A stretch of 64,000 nt of DNA from Patescibacteria group bacterium (GTDB taxonomy: Bacteria > Patescibacteriota > Minisyncoccia > Phycocordibacterales > UBA918): contig JAIELQ010000014.1 in the NCBI GenBank assembly GCA_019752815.1, positions 1,035-65,034 on the forward strand. The letters are read 5' to 3'. The notes under the pieces are model-generated. The model did no database searches. It was given only the letters and a program-made list of their open reading frames with translations, and had not been told where the DNA came from. The position numbers and the translations under genes are program-made. Shown here piece after piece: positions 1 through 8,090 of the stretch (its first letter is position 1; the number at the start of each line of letters is the position of its first letter).

Positions 1-277
1 TGGGGCAGTCACGTGACTGCATCCCGGCCACTTGTTTATTGGTAACATGAATACCATCGAACGAAATAGCGTATTTCTGTGGGTCTGTTTGAATTTCTTG
101 GAAACCCGCTTGGGTGGCATTGCTTGGAGGCGCCACCAAGGTGGTAATTTCGGCACCGTGTTGACCGGCAAACGCTAGGGCGCTCGTTCGCGGAGCGCTC
201 TTTCCATCAAAAGTAGCAACAAGCAGTGGTCCCAGTTTGAATGTAAACGTGGGCTCGGTGATATTGACTAGTACCAT
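1..277 (-). CDS. hypothetical protein (5' part only; gene runs off window start)
   Basis: Reverse-strand ATG (revcomp of 275-277) preceded 6 nt upstream by GGAGGAA (revcomp of 284-290). Open frame to the window edge: MVLVNITEPTFTFKLGPLLVATFDGKSAPRTSALAFAGQHGAEITTLVAPP... Not in the ORF track because it is incomplete. No family recognised. Confidence 0.45.
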   Translation of the reverse strand, partial: MVLVNITEPTFTFKLGPLLVATFDGKSAPRTSALAFAGQHGAEITTLVAPPSNATQAGFQEIQTDPQKYAISFDGIHVTNKQVAGMQSRDCP

Positions 278-402
278 GTGGTCTTCCTCCCGTTTTTGTG
301 AACGTTCTGCAGAGATACTACCTGGTATAGGGGTAATGTCAACTAAGATTATTTAACGCATTTGTCTTTTTGGAATATAGCGTATAAGCTATAGTCACTA
401 GT

Positions 403-1695
403 ATGGACGACATTAAACACATCCACTTCATAGGTATCGGCGGTATTGGCATGAGTGCGCTCGCGCGACTGTTTTTGCACGACGGCAAAACTGTGTCCGG
501 TAGTGACCGCGCAGCCTCAGCGATAACTGATGCGCTGGTGCACGAAGGAGTTCAATTTTTTCCAACTCAAGAAGCCTCAAATATAAGTACGAGGCAAGAC
601 CTCGACCTGATTGTGTATACCGAGGCGATGGCGCACGATCATCCCGAGATGGTGGCGGCACGGGATCTTGGCGTGCCCATGGTGAATTATTTTGAAGCCC
701 TTGGGATGGTGGCCAACGAGTACTATTTAATTGCCGTTGCCGGTAGTCATGGGAAATCAACAACCACGTCGATGGTGGCTGATGTACTTGAAGAGGCGGG
801 GCTTGACCCAACAGTAATTGTGGGAACACTGCGGAGTAAAACTAAAAGTAACTACCGAGCCGGGAAGAGCAAGTACGCAGTGGTCGAAGCGTGTGAATAC
901 AAGCGAGATTTTTTGCATTTAAAACCTGAAGTGCTGGTGATCACGAATATCGACTACGAACACGTTGACTACTATACAGATTTGGCTGATGTCCAACGAG
1001 CGTTTGCAACACTGGCGCAATCAGTCCCAGAAGGGGGAGCAATTATCACTAATATTACTGACCTCAACATCGCGCCGGTACTTACGGGAGTGTCTGCAAC
1101 GGTTATTGATTATCGACCGTTGATTGACTTAACTATCACGTTACGTCAGCCCGGAATGCATAATCGCATGAACGCAGCAGCCGCGCGTGGCGTGGGGGAA
1201 TTTTTGAAAATCGAGCCCGCAACTATTAATGACGCACTTGAAAATTTCGCTGGTACGTGGCGGCGATTTGAATACAAAGGAGATGTACGCAATACTCCGG
1301 TGTATGATGACTATGCCCATCACCCTACTGAAGTGCGCGCCTCGCTCGCCGGTGCTCGGGAGCTATATCCTGATCGAAAAGTAATTGTCGTGACACAAAC
1401 TCATACGTACTCTCGGACAGCTGAATTATTTGCTGATTTCGTTTCAGCCTATGCGGCCGCTGATCAGGTGTACCTATTACCGATTTATGGGGCTCGTGAA
1501 GAAAATGTATCGGGAGTAACGAGTGAACAGCTAGCCGAAGCTATTACTGAAAAAGGCACTCCTGCTGTAGTCATGCAGACGGCTGCCGGAATTGCGCAAA
1601 CGGTCCGGGAATCACTTAATGAATCGGAACCAGCGGTAATTTTAATTATGGGGGCAGGGGACGTCACGCAGGTTGCTGGTGAATTGACTAAATAG
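403..1695 (+). CDS. murC: UDP-N-acetylmuramate--L-alanine ligase
   Basis: N-terminal HFIGIGGIGMSALA Mur-ligase motif, central GSHGKSTTTSM P-loop, MurC-like length and order. A -10-like TATAGT (390-395) lies 7 nt before the ATG and there is no SD. Confidence 0.9.
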   Translation: MDDIKHIHFIGIGGIGMSALARLFLHDGKTVSGSDRAASAITDALVHEGVQFFPTQEASNISTRQDLDLIVYTEAMAHDHPEMVAARDLGVPMVNYFEALGMVANEYYLIAVAGSHGKSTTTSMVADVLEEAGLDPTVIVGTLRSKTKSNYRAGKSKYAVVEACEYKRDFLHLKPEVLVITNIDYEHVDYYTDLADVQRAFATLAQSVPEGGAIITNITDLNIAPVLTGVSATVIDYRPLIDLTITLRQPGMHNRMNAAAARGVGEFLKIEPATINDALENFAGTWRRFEYKGDVRNTPVYDDYAHHPTEVRASLAGARELYPDRKVIVVTQTHTYSRTAELFADFVSAYAAADQVYLLPIYGAREENVSGVTSEQLAEAITEKGTPAVVMQTAAGIAQTVRESLNESEPAVILIMGAGDVTQVAGELTK

Positions 1696-1769
1696 CTAAA
1701 TTATAGTTGAATAATTACGGAATCAGCCGATGGTAGGGTGGTGACAATGGAGAAGTCGCGGTGACAAAG

Positions 1770-2360
1770 ATGTGGATACTAGTGCCGCTCTCAAACGATG
1801 CGGACAAATTTGAACCTCAGAGAAAATATATGGGGGTGGGACCAAACTCCAAACAACGGATAGCTGAAGCGGTTCAGTGGGCAGAAGAAAAAATTCCCAC
1901 CGAAGAAAAAGTTTGGGTATTTGGTGCCGGAACTCACTATGACTGGCGTCGTGGACAGACTCTCGGTGTCTGGTCAGAAGCGTTCCTGCGAACACTGCTC
2001 CAAAATCCGATCACGGTCATAGCAAACCATCACGACAAAAACTTCTACGGCACCCACGAAGAAATGAAGTGGGGCGTCCGGGCGGTACAGAAAGAACATT
2101 CACCCGGCACGGTAGTTTTTGTCTTCTTTGGTCCGCGCTGGCACTTGCTTCAAGCGCGTGTTGTCTGGCGACTGTTCTTTAAAGCGGATTGGGGCAGGGC
2201 TCGGTTTGTGGAAACCGCGGATGGTGCAGTACCCAGTTGGCCTCATGAAATCAAGAGATATCTCAAGATAGTGGGTCACTGGCTTTTTCCCAAGTGGGTA
2301 AAAACCCAAGACCAAACACCATACCCAGCGGCAGTGTCGCAGTTTGGTATGAGATGCTGA
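1770..2360 (+). CDS. hypothetical Trp-rich protein
   Basis: 197-aa ORF (track starts at GTG 1761; first ATG at 1770). A strong intrinsic terminator follows at 2371-2400. No confident family match; DUF218/YdcF-like is possible. Confidence 0.4.
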   Translation: MWILVPLSNDADKFEPQRKYMGVGPNSKQRIAEAVQWAEEKIPTEEKVWVFGAGTHYDWRRGQTLGVWSEAFLRTLLQNPITVIANHHDKNFYGTHEEMKWGVRAVQKEHSPGTVVFVFFGPRWHLLQARVVWRLFFKADWGRARFVETADGAVPSWPHEIKRYLKIVGHWLFPKWVKTQDQTPYPAAVSQFGMRC

Positions 2361-2370
2361 GTTACTGAGA

Positions 2371-2400
2371 GCGGGGCGAATTCATTCGCCCCGCTTTTTT
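2371..2400 (+). terminator. rho-independent terminator
   Basis: gcggggcgaa / ttcgccccgc: 10-bp GC-rich stem with a 4-nt loop, followed by TTTTTT (2395-2400). Confidence 0.75.
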
Positions 2401-2403
2401 GTA

Positions 2404-2432
2404 ACTTTTGTATCGTGGAGATGGTTTATATA
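2404..2432 (+). promoter_or_regulatory. candidate promoter for the metK leader
   Basis: -10 TATATA (2427-2432) with a weak -35 (ACTTTT/TTTTGT). This places the TSS near 2439, just 5' of the proposed riboswitch P1. Confidence 0.3.
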
Positions 2433-2444
2433 CGGACAACTTAA

Positions 2445-2595
2445 TATGTATCAGCGAGTGTGGACGAGGGATTTGACCCGACGACTCCATCCGCAACCTG
2501 TCATTGTTTTAGTGATAAGGTGCGACTGTCAACACAAATATTTTTGTGAACGATGCTTTACTCATACTGATACAGCGCGCAAGCGTTGTTTTTTT
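2445..2595 (+). promoter_or_regulatory. SAM-I (S-box) riboswitch with expression-platform terminator
   Basis: ATCAGCGAGTGTGGACGAGGGATTTGACCCGACGACTCCATCCGCAACC aligns to the SAM-I core ATCAAGAGAGGTGGAGGGACTGGCCCGATGAAACCCGGCAACC (GAGGGA, GNCCCGANGA and GCAACC conserved). P1 is TGTATCA (2447-2453) / TGATACA (2568-2574). P3 is CGCAACC / GGTGCG with an A bulge. A P4-like hairpin is CACAAA / TTTGTG (2533-2548). The terminator ACAGCGC-GCAA-GCGTTGT plus T7 (2572-2595) overlaps the 3' strand of P1. It lies directly upstream of metK. Confidence 0.55.
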
Positions 2596-2747
2596 GTTGT
2601 CAGAACCTCAAAAATGGCACGCTTCTTTATTGTTCTGCATAAAATTCTCCTCACCGTACAGTTGTACGACTCGTCAATTTTACTTGGACGCCTCGAATCG
2701 CATCCATTTTTGAGATTCTGAACTTTATAAATAATTTTTAAAATAAT

Positions 2748-3695
2748 ATGCTTAAAACAGCTGAATGTGTTTCTCCGGGACATCCCGATAAAATGTGTGA
2801 TCAAATCTCAGACGCCATTCTTGATGCGTATCTAGCCCAAGACCTAAAGAGTCGGGTAGCAATCGAATCTGTAGGGAGTCACGGGGAGGTCTGGGTAACA
2901 GGTGAGGTCACTTCAATGGCTACCGGTATTAATATTGAAGCGATAGTCACAAAAATTGCCGGTCCGGGATTATCTATCCGTACGCACATAGTTGAACAAA
3001 GTCTAGAGATTGCGCACGGAGTTGATACTGGAGGAGCGGGCGATCAGGGAATTATGACGGGTTACGCTACACGCGAGACGGCAACCTACATGCCACGAGA
3101 ATATGAGCTGGCACGAACCTTGTGTCAAAAAGTGTATGCGGAATTTCCGTACGATGGAAAAACGCAAGTAACAATTAATGAAGCGGGCAAGGTATTCTCG
3201 GTGGTCTGTAGTTTTCAAAATGCACCGCGACGGGAACTACAAGCATTAGTGCAGTCAGTTATTCCGGACGCTTCGGAATACCACATCAACCCAGCGGGGG
3301 ATTGGAATCAGGGTGGATTTGATGCTGATGCGGGACTAACAGGTAGAAAAATTATTATCGATAACTATGGACCAGAAATTGCTGTTGGGGGTGGGGCGTT
3401 TTCCGGCAAGGACCCAAGTAAGGTAGACAGGTCAGCTGCGTACATGGCACGCCGGATTGCCGTCGATTATTTAGAATCCCGTCCCAAGGCACAAACAGTA
3501 CTGGTTAAATTAGCGTACGCCATTGGACACCCACAGGCACTGATGGCTGTTGCTATTGTCGATGGTGTAGCGGAAGACGTTGTCGGGTATGATGTCACGC
3601 CCAAAGGCATCCGAGACTTTTTAGGACTCGACGCCCCGATTTATGGCCAGACTGCAGCTTGGGGGCATTTTGGTCGGGGCTTTAGTTGGAAGTAG
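2748..3695 (+). CDS. metK: S-adenosylmethionine synthetase (compact, 315 aa)
   Basis: SPGHPDKMCDQISDAILDA (MetK N-terminal motif), GGAGDQGIMTGYATRET, GGGAFSGKDPSKVDRSAAYMAR and C-terminal GHFGR. Shorter than E. coli MetK (384 aa) but all core motifs are present. Confidence 0.9.
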   Translation: MLKTAECVSPGHPDKMCDQISDAILDAYLAQDLKSRVAIESVGSHGEVWVTGEVTSMATGINIEAIVTKIAGPGLSIRTHIVEQSLEIAHGVDTGGAGDQGIMTGYATRETATYMPREYELARTLCQKVYAEFPYDGKTQVTINEAGKVFSVVCSFQNAPRRELQALVQSVIPDASEYHINPAGDWNQGGFDADAGLTGRKIIIDNYGPEIAVGGGAFSGKDPSKVDRSAAYMARRIAVDYLESRPKAQTVLVKLAYAIGHPQALMAVAIVDGVAEDVVGYDVTPKGIRDFLGLDAPIYGQTAAWGHFGRGFSWK

Positions 3696-3717
3696 AAATA
3701 ATTAATTATTAATTAAC

Positions 3718-3753
3718 AAAGACACACCCTTCGGACGGTGTGTCTTTACTTTT
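3718..3753 (+). terminator. rho-independent terminator after metK
   Basis: aaagacacacc / ggtgtgtcttt: 10-11 bp stem with loop cttcggac, followed by a T-rich tail. Confidence 0.65.
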
Positions 3754-3781
3754 ATAAAAAATATAGTATTGTTCGGACACT

Positions 3782-4459
3782 ATGCAAAAGCCGGGAACAC
3801 TCTATATCGTTGCGACGCCAATTGGAAACATGGAAGATATCACACTCCGCGCACTGCGTATTTTCCGCGAAGTTGAGTATGTGCTGTGTGAGGATACCCG
3901 AACAACAGGGAATCTCACCAAACACCATGGTATTAAAGCTAAGTTAAAGCGGTATGACGCGCACGCGAGTGAGGCGGTTCATGCCGCTATTATCGCTGAC
4001 CTCGAAGCAGGGCACAGTGTTGCCTTAGTGTCTGACGCCGGTACACCAGGTGTATCTGATCCGGGAGTAATGCTGGTACGGATGGCCCGGGCAGCCAATA
4101 TTCGCATTGATGCTATTCCCGGAGCCTCATCAATTACGGCTGCAATTTCCATTGCTGGCGTATCCGGAAATCAATTTAGTTTCCTCGGGTTTGTGCCAAG
4201 TAAAAAGGGACGAGAGACATTTTTTGCTGATTTAGAATTGTATGACCACCCGGTGGTTTTTTTGGAAGCGACTCACCGCATTATTAAGACGCTTGAGAGT
4301 TTAGTGGCGAGCTATCCGACCGCCACGTTGTACCTCGGTCGTGAGCTGACTAAAATGCACGAAGAAATGTTGGTAGGAACTCCAGCTGAGATTCTAGAAA
4401 TTCTGACAAAGTTTACAGTTAAACAAAAAGGGGAGTTTGTGCTCATTTTGAGTTTGTAG
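3782..4459 (+). CDS. rsmI: 16S rRNA (cytidine1402-2'-O)-methyltransferase
   Basis: LYIVATPIGNMEDITLRALRIFREVEYVLCEDTRTTGNL matches the RsmI/tetrapyrrole-methylase-family N-terminus. 225 aa. Confidence 0.85.
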   Translation: MQKPGTLYIVATPIGNMEDITLRALRIFREVEYVLCEDTRTTGNLTKHHGIKAKLKRYDAHASEAVHAAIIADLEAGHSVALVSDAGTPGVSDPGVMLVRMARAANIRIDAIPGASSITAAISIAGVSGNQFSFLGFVPSKKGRETFFADLELYDHPVVFLEATHRIIKTLESLVASYPTATLYLGRELTKMHEEMLVGTPAEILEILTKFTVKQKGEFVLILSL

Positions 4460-4537
4460 CTACCATTTTTAACTTTTCCGTTGTCTAGTTTGTTGTTATT
4501 TGTCTGTCAGACAGGCCTTGGGTTATACTAATCGGTA

Positions 4538-4780
4538 ATGAGCAAAGGCACGCTGGCATTTCTATTAGGTATACTGCTAATTCTACTTCCGTATCTCGGA
4601 ATTCCTTCAGTATGGAAGCAGTATGCGTATGTGGCACTGGGTATCATTCTCGTGTTGCTTGGGTATGCAATTAGACGCGCCCAATATTTTCATGAAATTG
4701 ATAACGGCAATGGTGAACGTGGGGGAGACACCTTTGTCGAAACAACACAAAACCTATTTTCTCAGAGTAAAGCAGAATAG
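4538..4780 (+). CDS. small membrane protein (2 predicted TM helices)
   Basis: Hydrophobic LAFLLGILLILLPYLGI and YVALGIILVLLGYAI segments. A -10-like TATACT sits 8 nt upstream of the ATG. Confidence 0.45.
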   Translation: MSKGTLAFLLGILLILLPYLGIPSVWKQYAYVALGIILVLLGYAIRRAQYFHEIDNGNGERGGDTFVETTQNLFSQSKAE

Positions 4781-4785
4781 GAGAT

Positions 4786-6105
4786 ATGGTATATAAAACG
4801 GTAATTGTCGCCCTCACAGTCTTGGGTCTTGTGGGTGTGTTTGTGTATGCAGCACCGATTGCTACCAAAGTTTCGTATGATGCGAGCGCCATTACGACTG
4901 CCCGAGAATTTACCGAACAGCGCAGTGAAGAAGCGGCTCCAACGGCTCCTGCGACTCCTGTACCTGATACCCGTCCTGTAGTCACACATGTGCCGATGCC
5001 CAAAGCTGTCAAGGCAATTTACATGTCATCGTGTGTCGCTGGCACGCCATCATTTCGTGCTGATTTAGTAAGATTAATTAATGAAACTGAAATCAATAGC
5101 GTGGTGATTGATATCAAAGATTACTCGGGCACCATTTCCTTTGCGCCAACCGACCCTGCCTGGCAGCCAGCTTGGGATAGTGCACGCTGTGGCGCACGTG
5201 ACATGAAAGAATTTATCAAAACACTCCATGATGCGAATATTTTTGTGATTGGTCGCATGACCGTGTTCCAGGACCCCTTTGAAGTTGAACGACGTCCAGA
5301 GTGGGCAGTTAAAAAGGCCGATGGAGTCACCACCTGGCGTGATGGTAAAGGCCTCGCCTTTATTGATGTGGCAGCAACCGGATACTGGGACCATATCATT
5401 AAGCTGGTAGTCGATTCGTACAATATTGGATTTGATGAAATTAACTTTGACTACGTGCGCTATCCCAGTGACGGGAACATGACTGATATCTCGTTTGTCC
5501 TCAGTAACCAATCTCCGTACGGCCGTGATAAACAAGCTAACCTCGAAGCCTTCTTTAAATATCTCAATGAAAAAATTGATGATGAGAAATTATTTTCAGC
5601 TGTTAAACATATAAACACCGGTCGCGCCTCTTCAACACCATATTCCACCGCAGATTTATTTGGAATGACGACGACTAATTATGATGATCTCTCAATCGGG
5701 CAGGTGCAGGAACGAGCAGTACCGTATTTTGATGCGGTGGCTCCGATGGTATACCCGTCGCATTACCCAAATAGTTTCTTGGGGCTGGGTAACCCGAACA
5801 ACTATCCGTATAAAGTCGTGCACTACGCTATGTCAGCCGGTGTGCGCCGACTACAGGCCTCAACCACACCCATGAACGGATTTTTACATACGCGGATTGG
5901 TACCACGACACCAGCTATGTATCAAAAGCCTGTGTATGGTCCTGACAAATTACGTACCTGGATTCAAGATTTTGATTATGGTGGTGATTACGATGCGGCC
6001 GATGTGCGAGCTCAGATTCAAGCCAGTTACGATGCGGGGGTAAACAGCTGGATGATTTGGGCACCAAGTAATCGCTACACCCAGGCGGCGTTACTGCCTG
6101 AGTAG
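4786..6105 (+). CDS. putative glycoside-hydrolase-like TIM-barrel protein (DUF4015/GHL-type), membrane anchored
   Basis: N-terminal TM helix. SVVIDIKDYSGTISF and GFDEINFDYVRYP motifs resemble the DUF4015 'putative glycosyl hydrolase' family. 439 aa. Confidence 0.45.
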   Translation: MVYKTVIVALTVLGLVGVFVYAAPIATKVSYDASAITTAREFTEQRSEEAAPTAPATPVPDTRPVVTHVPMPKAVKAIYMSSCVAGTPSFRADLVRLINETEINSVVIDIKDYSGTISFAPTDPAWQPAWDSARCGARDMKEFIKTLHDANIFVIGRMTVFQDPFEVERRPEWAVKKADGVTTWRDGKGLAFIDVAATGYWDHIIKLVVDSYNIGFDEINFDYVRYPSDGNMTDISFVLSNQSPYGRDKQANLEAFFKYLNEKIDDEKLFSAVKHINTGRASSTPYSTADLFGMTTTNYDDLSIGQVQERAVPYFDAVAPMVYPSHYPNSFLGLGNPNNYPYKVVHYAMSAGVRRLQASTTPMNGFLHTRIGTTTPAMYQKPVYGPDKLRTWIQDFDYGGDYDAADVRAQIQASYDAGVNSWMIWAPSNRYTQAALLPE

Positions 6106-6163
6106 TGTGACAAAATATAAAACGTATGGTTTAATTGCCCAAGGCAATTAGCGGGAGGTCGCC

Positions 6164-6385
6164 ATGGGTGAAAATATCGAAGCTAACGACTATGGTGCGT
6201 GGGAACGAGAACGGCAGGAGTATCTTGCAACATTGCGTTCACTGCCCGCTGAAATTTTTGCTGCTCTCACAATAGATCAGCTCGAAGATTGGCAATTGAA
6301 CTGCTATCAAGAGGTAAAATCTGAGCGCGCAGTGGGTGTCATTCGCTCCAATGTTACTGAGGAGTTGTTGTTCCATAGGGTGTAG
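6164..6385 (+). CDS. small acidic hypothetical protein
   Basis: GGGAGG SD 5 nt upstream of the ATG and a strong terminator immediately downstream. 73 aa. Confidence 0.45.
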   Translation: MGENIEANDYGAWERERQEYLATLRSLPAEIFAALTIDQLEDWQLNCYQEVKSERAVGVIRSNVTEELLFHRV

Positions 6386-6405
6386 CATCAATAGCAAACA
6401 GGTAG

Positions 6406-6436
6406 AATCGGCGACTCATAATCGCCGATTTTTTTT
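6406..6436 (+). terminator. rho-independent terminator
   Basis: aatcggcga / tcgccgatt: perfect 9-bp stem with a 7-nt loop, followed by T8. Confidence 0.8.
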
Positions 6437-6483
6437 GTGCACAGAGCAGGCTATCGCTCATTTTGGTGAGGTATACTAGAGAC

Positions 6484-8073
6484 ATGTACAACGAAGAGCC
6501 AATCGCTCGGCGCTTTTATGCCGTGAGCTATACCGATGATGAGCCCACTGTCTCACTTGGGGCTTTTATCCCACGGAGCAAAAAAACTACGCCTACTTCG
6601 CAAGCTACGCAGCGGTCACAAAAATCAATCTCCTTTACCCCGCAAATTGTAAACATTAATCGTCGAAATACCATCGCCAGTCCGTATGTGGCGACGGTAA
6701 AAATTGTGACGGTGTTTTTATCGGTAGCGCTTCTACTGTTTGTGTCACTATTGTCAGCACCGTTTATCAAAGAAACAGGAGGCTCTTTCCTCGCACAAAT
6801 TTTTGCTGCTACGCAATCGTCAGCACCAGTGATTGTAGAAAACCCGTATACCCAAGCCCAAACTGAATTAAATTACGGTGTGCAGATGTCATTTAGCCAA
6901 CCGAACTTTTTTGCGGAAACCCGCAATGCCTTTATTGCGCAATCAAAAACATTTGTTGAGGCCGACCTCACTACCATGCAGTTGCGCTATTTTAATGAAG
7001 GCATATTAGAGCTTCAGGTTCCGATTGTTGCCAAAGGAGCAAAAGGTTCATGGCTCGAAACACCAGCGGGGTTGTATGAAGTAAAAGCCAAAAAAGAAAA
7101 ACTCTATTCAACATTTGGACAAATGTATACACCATGGAGCATTACCTTCCAGGGTAACTTTATTATTCATGGTTGGCCGTATACGGAAAGCGGCGAAAAG
7201 GTACCAACCGAGTTCCAGGGTGGAGGAATTAGATTGTCTGACGCTGACGCCAAAGCAGTGTATGAGCTCGTTACTGCTGGTACGCCTATTCTCGTACATG
7301 AGGTACCAAGCGAACCTGACGAATTTGTCTATGAACCTAAAATTCCCGAACTTGATACCCCACATTATTTAATCGCTGATGTGGAGACCAATACAGTACT
7401 TGCGAGTTCAGATCTCGATAGCGTGGCTCCAATTGCGTCACTCACCAAACTCATGACCGCTCTTGTGGCGGCTGAGTATATCAATCTAGACGCACGGGTG
7501 TCAGTCGTGCAGCCAACCTTTGTGCAGTCATTGATTCCACGCCTGAGTGGTCTCGGTACGGTTTCAATGTATAGCCTCTTACAGTTACTTTTAGTTGAAT
7601 CATCCAACGAAGCGGCGGAAGTTATTGCCGCCCAAGTGGGACGAGAAAAGTTCATTGAACACATGAATGAAAAAGCCAAGGCGATTGGACTGCAGAATAC
7701 ACAGTTTGCAGATCCGTCAGGACTCAGTGCTGGTAATGCTTCGACCGTCCGTGATTTACTCGGCCTCATTAAGTACATCTATACCACTCGGCAATTTATT
7801 GTTGACCTGACTGCGAATCAAGATTTACCAACCGCCTACGTCAGTGGTGAATTTGGAACGTTGAGTAATTTTAACGAAGTGGAGGGCTTAGATAACTTTA
7901 TTGGGGGTAAAATCGGTGAGACAACTGCTGCAGGACAGACATCAGTGACGCTACATAAAATTACTGTTAAAGGTGATGAGCGAGTGATTGCGATTGTGCT
8001 CCTTGGGTCCGATAGTCGTAATGCAGATGTGACTGAGTTGTTAGGATACGCTACTGCTCGGTTCGGTTCTTAA
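6484..8073 (+). CDS. membrane-anchored fusion: L,D-transpeptidase-like (YkuD) domain plus D-alanyl-D-alanine carboxypeptidase (serine peptidase S11-like)
   Basis: The track starts at TTG 6463; the ATG at 6484 lies 5 nt after TATACT. One TM helix (VTVFLSVALLLFVSLLSA). YkuD-like block: TPAGLYEV...FIIHGWPY...QGGGIRLSDADAKAVYELV, with Gly where the catalytic Cys is expected. PBP5-like block: SLTKLM (SxxK), SSNEAA (SxN), GGKIGETTAAG (KTG-like). Confidence 0.7.
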   Translation: MYNEEPIARRFYAVSYTDDEPTVSLGAFIPRSKKTTPTSQATQRSQKSISFTPQIVNINRRNTIASPYVATVKIVTVFLSVALLLFVSLLSAPFIKETGGSFLAQIFAATQSSAPVIVENPYTQAQTELNYGVQMSFSQPNFFAETRNAFIAQSKTFVEADLTTMQLRYFNEGILELQVPIVAKGAKGSWLETPAGLYEVKAKKEKLYSTFGQMYTPWSITFQGNFIIHGWPYTESGEKVPTEFQGGGIRLSDADAKAVYELVTAGTPILVHEVPSEPDEFVYEPKIPELDTPHYLIADVETNTVLASSDLDSVAPIASLTKLMTALVAAEYINLDARVSVVQPTFVQSLIPRLSGLGTVSMYSLLQLLLVESSNEAAEVIAAQVGREKFIEHMNEKAKAIGLQNTQFADPSGLSAGNASTVRDLLGLIKYIYTTRQFIVDLTANQDLPTAYVSGEFGTLSNFNEVEGLDNFIGGKIGETTAAGQTSVTLHKITVKGDERVIAIVLLGSDSRNADVTELLGYATARFGS

Positions 8074-8090
8074 TTTGCTATACTACTTTT

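Noticed and set aside
428-829. 133-aa - strand ORF overlapping murC
   Set aside because: It lies entirely within a well-supported murC frame and is Pro/Arg-rich low complexity.
2446-2721. 91-aa + strand ORF in the metK leader
   Set aside because: It overlaps the conserved SAM-riboswitch core and the terminator. It is Cys/Arg-rich nonsense with no SD or -10 context.
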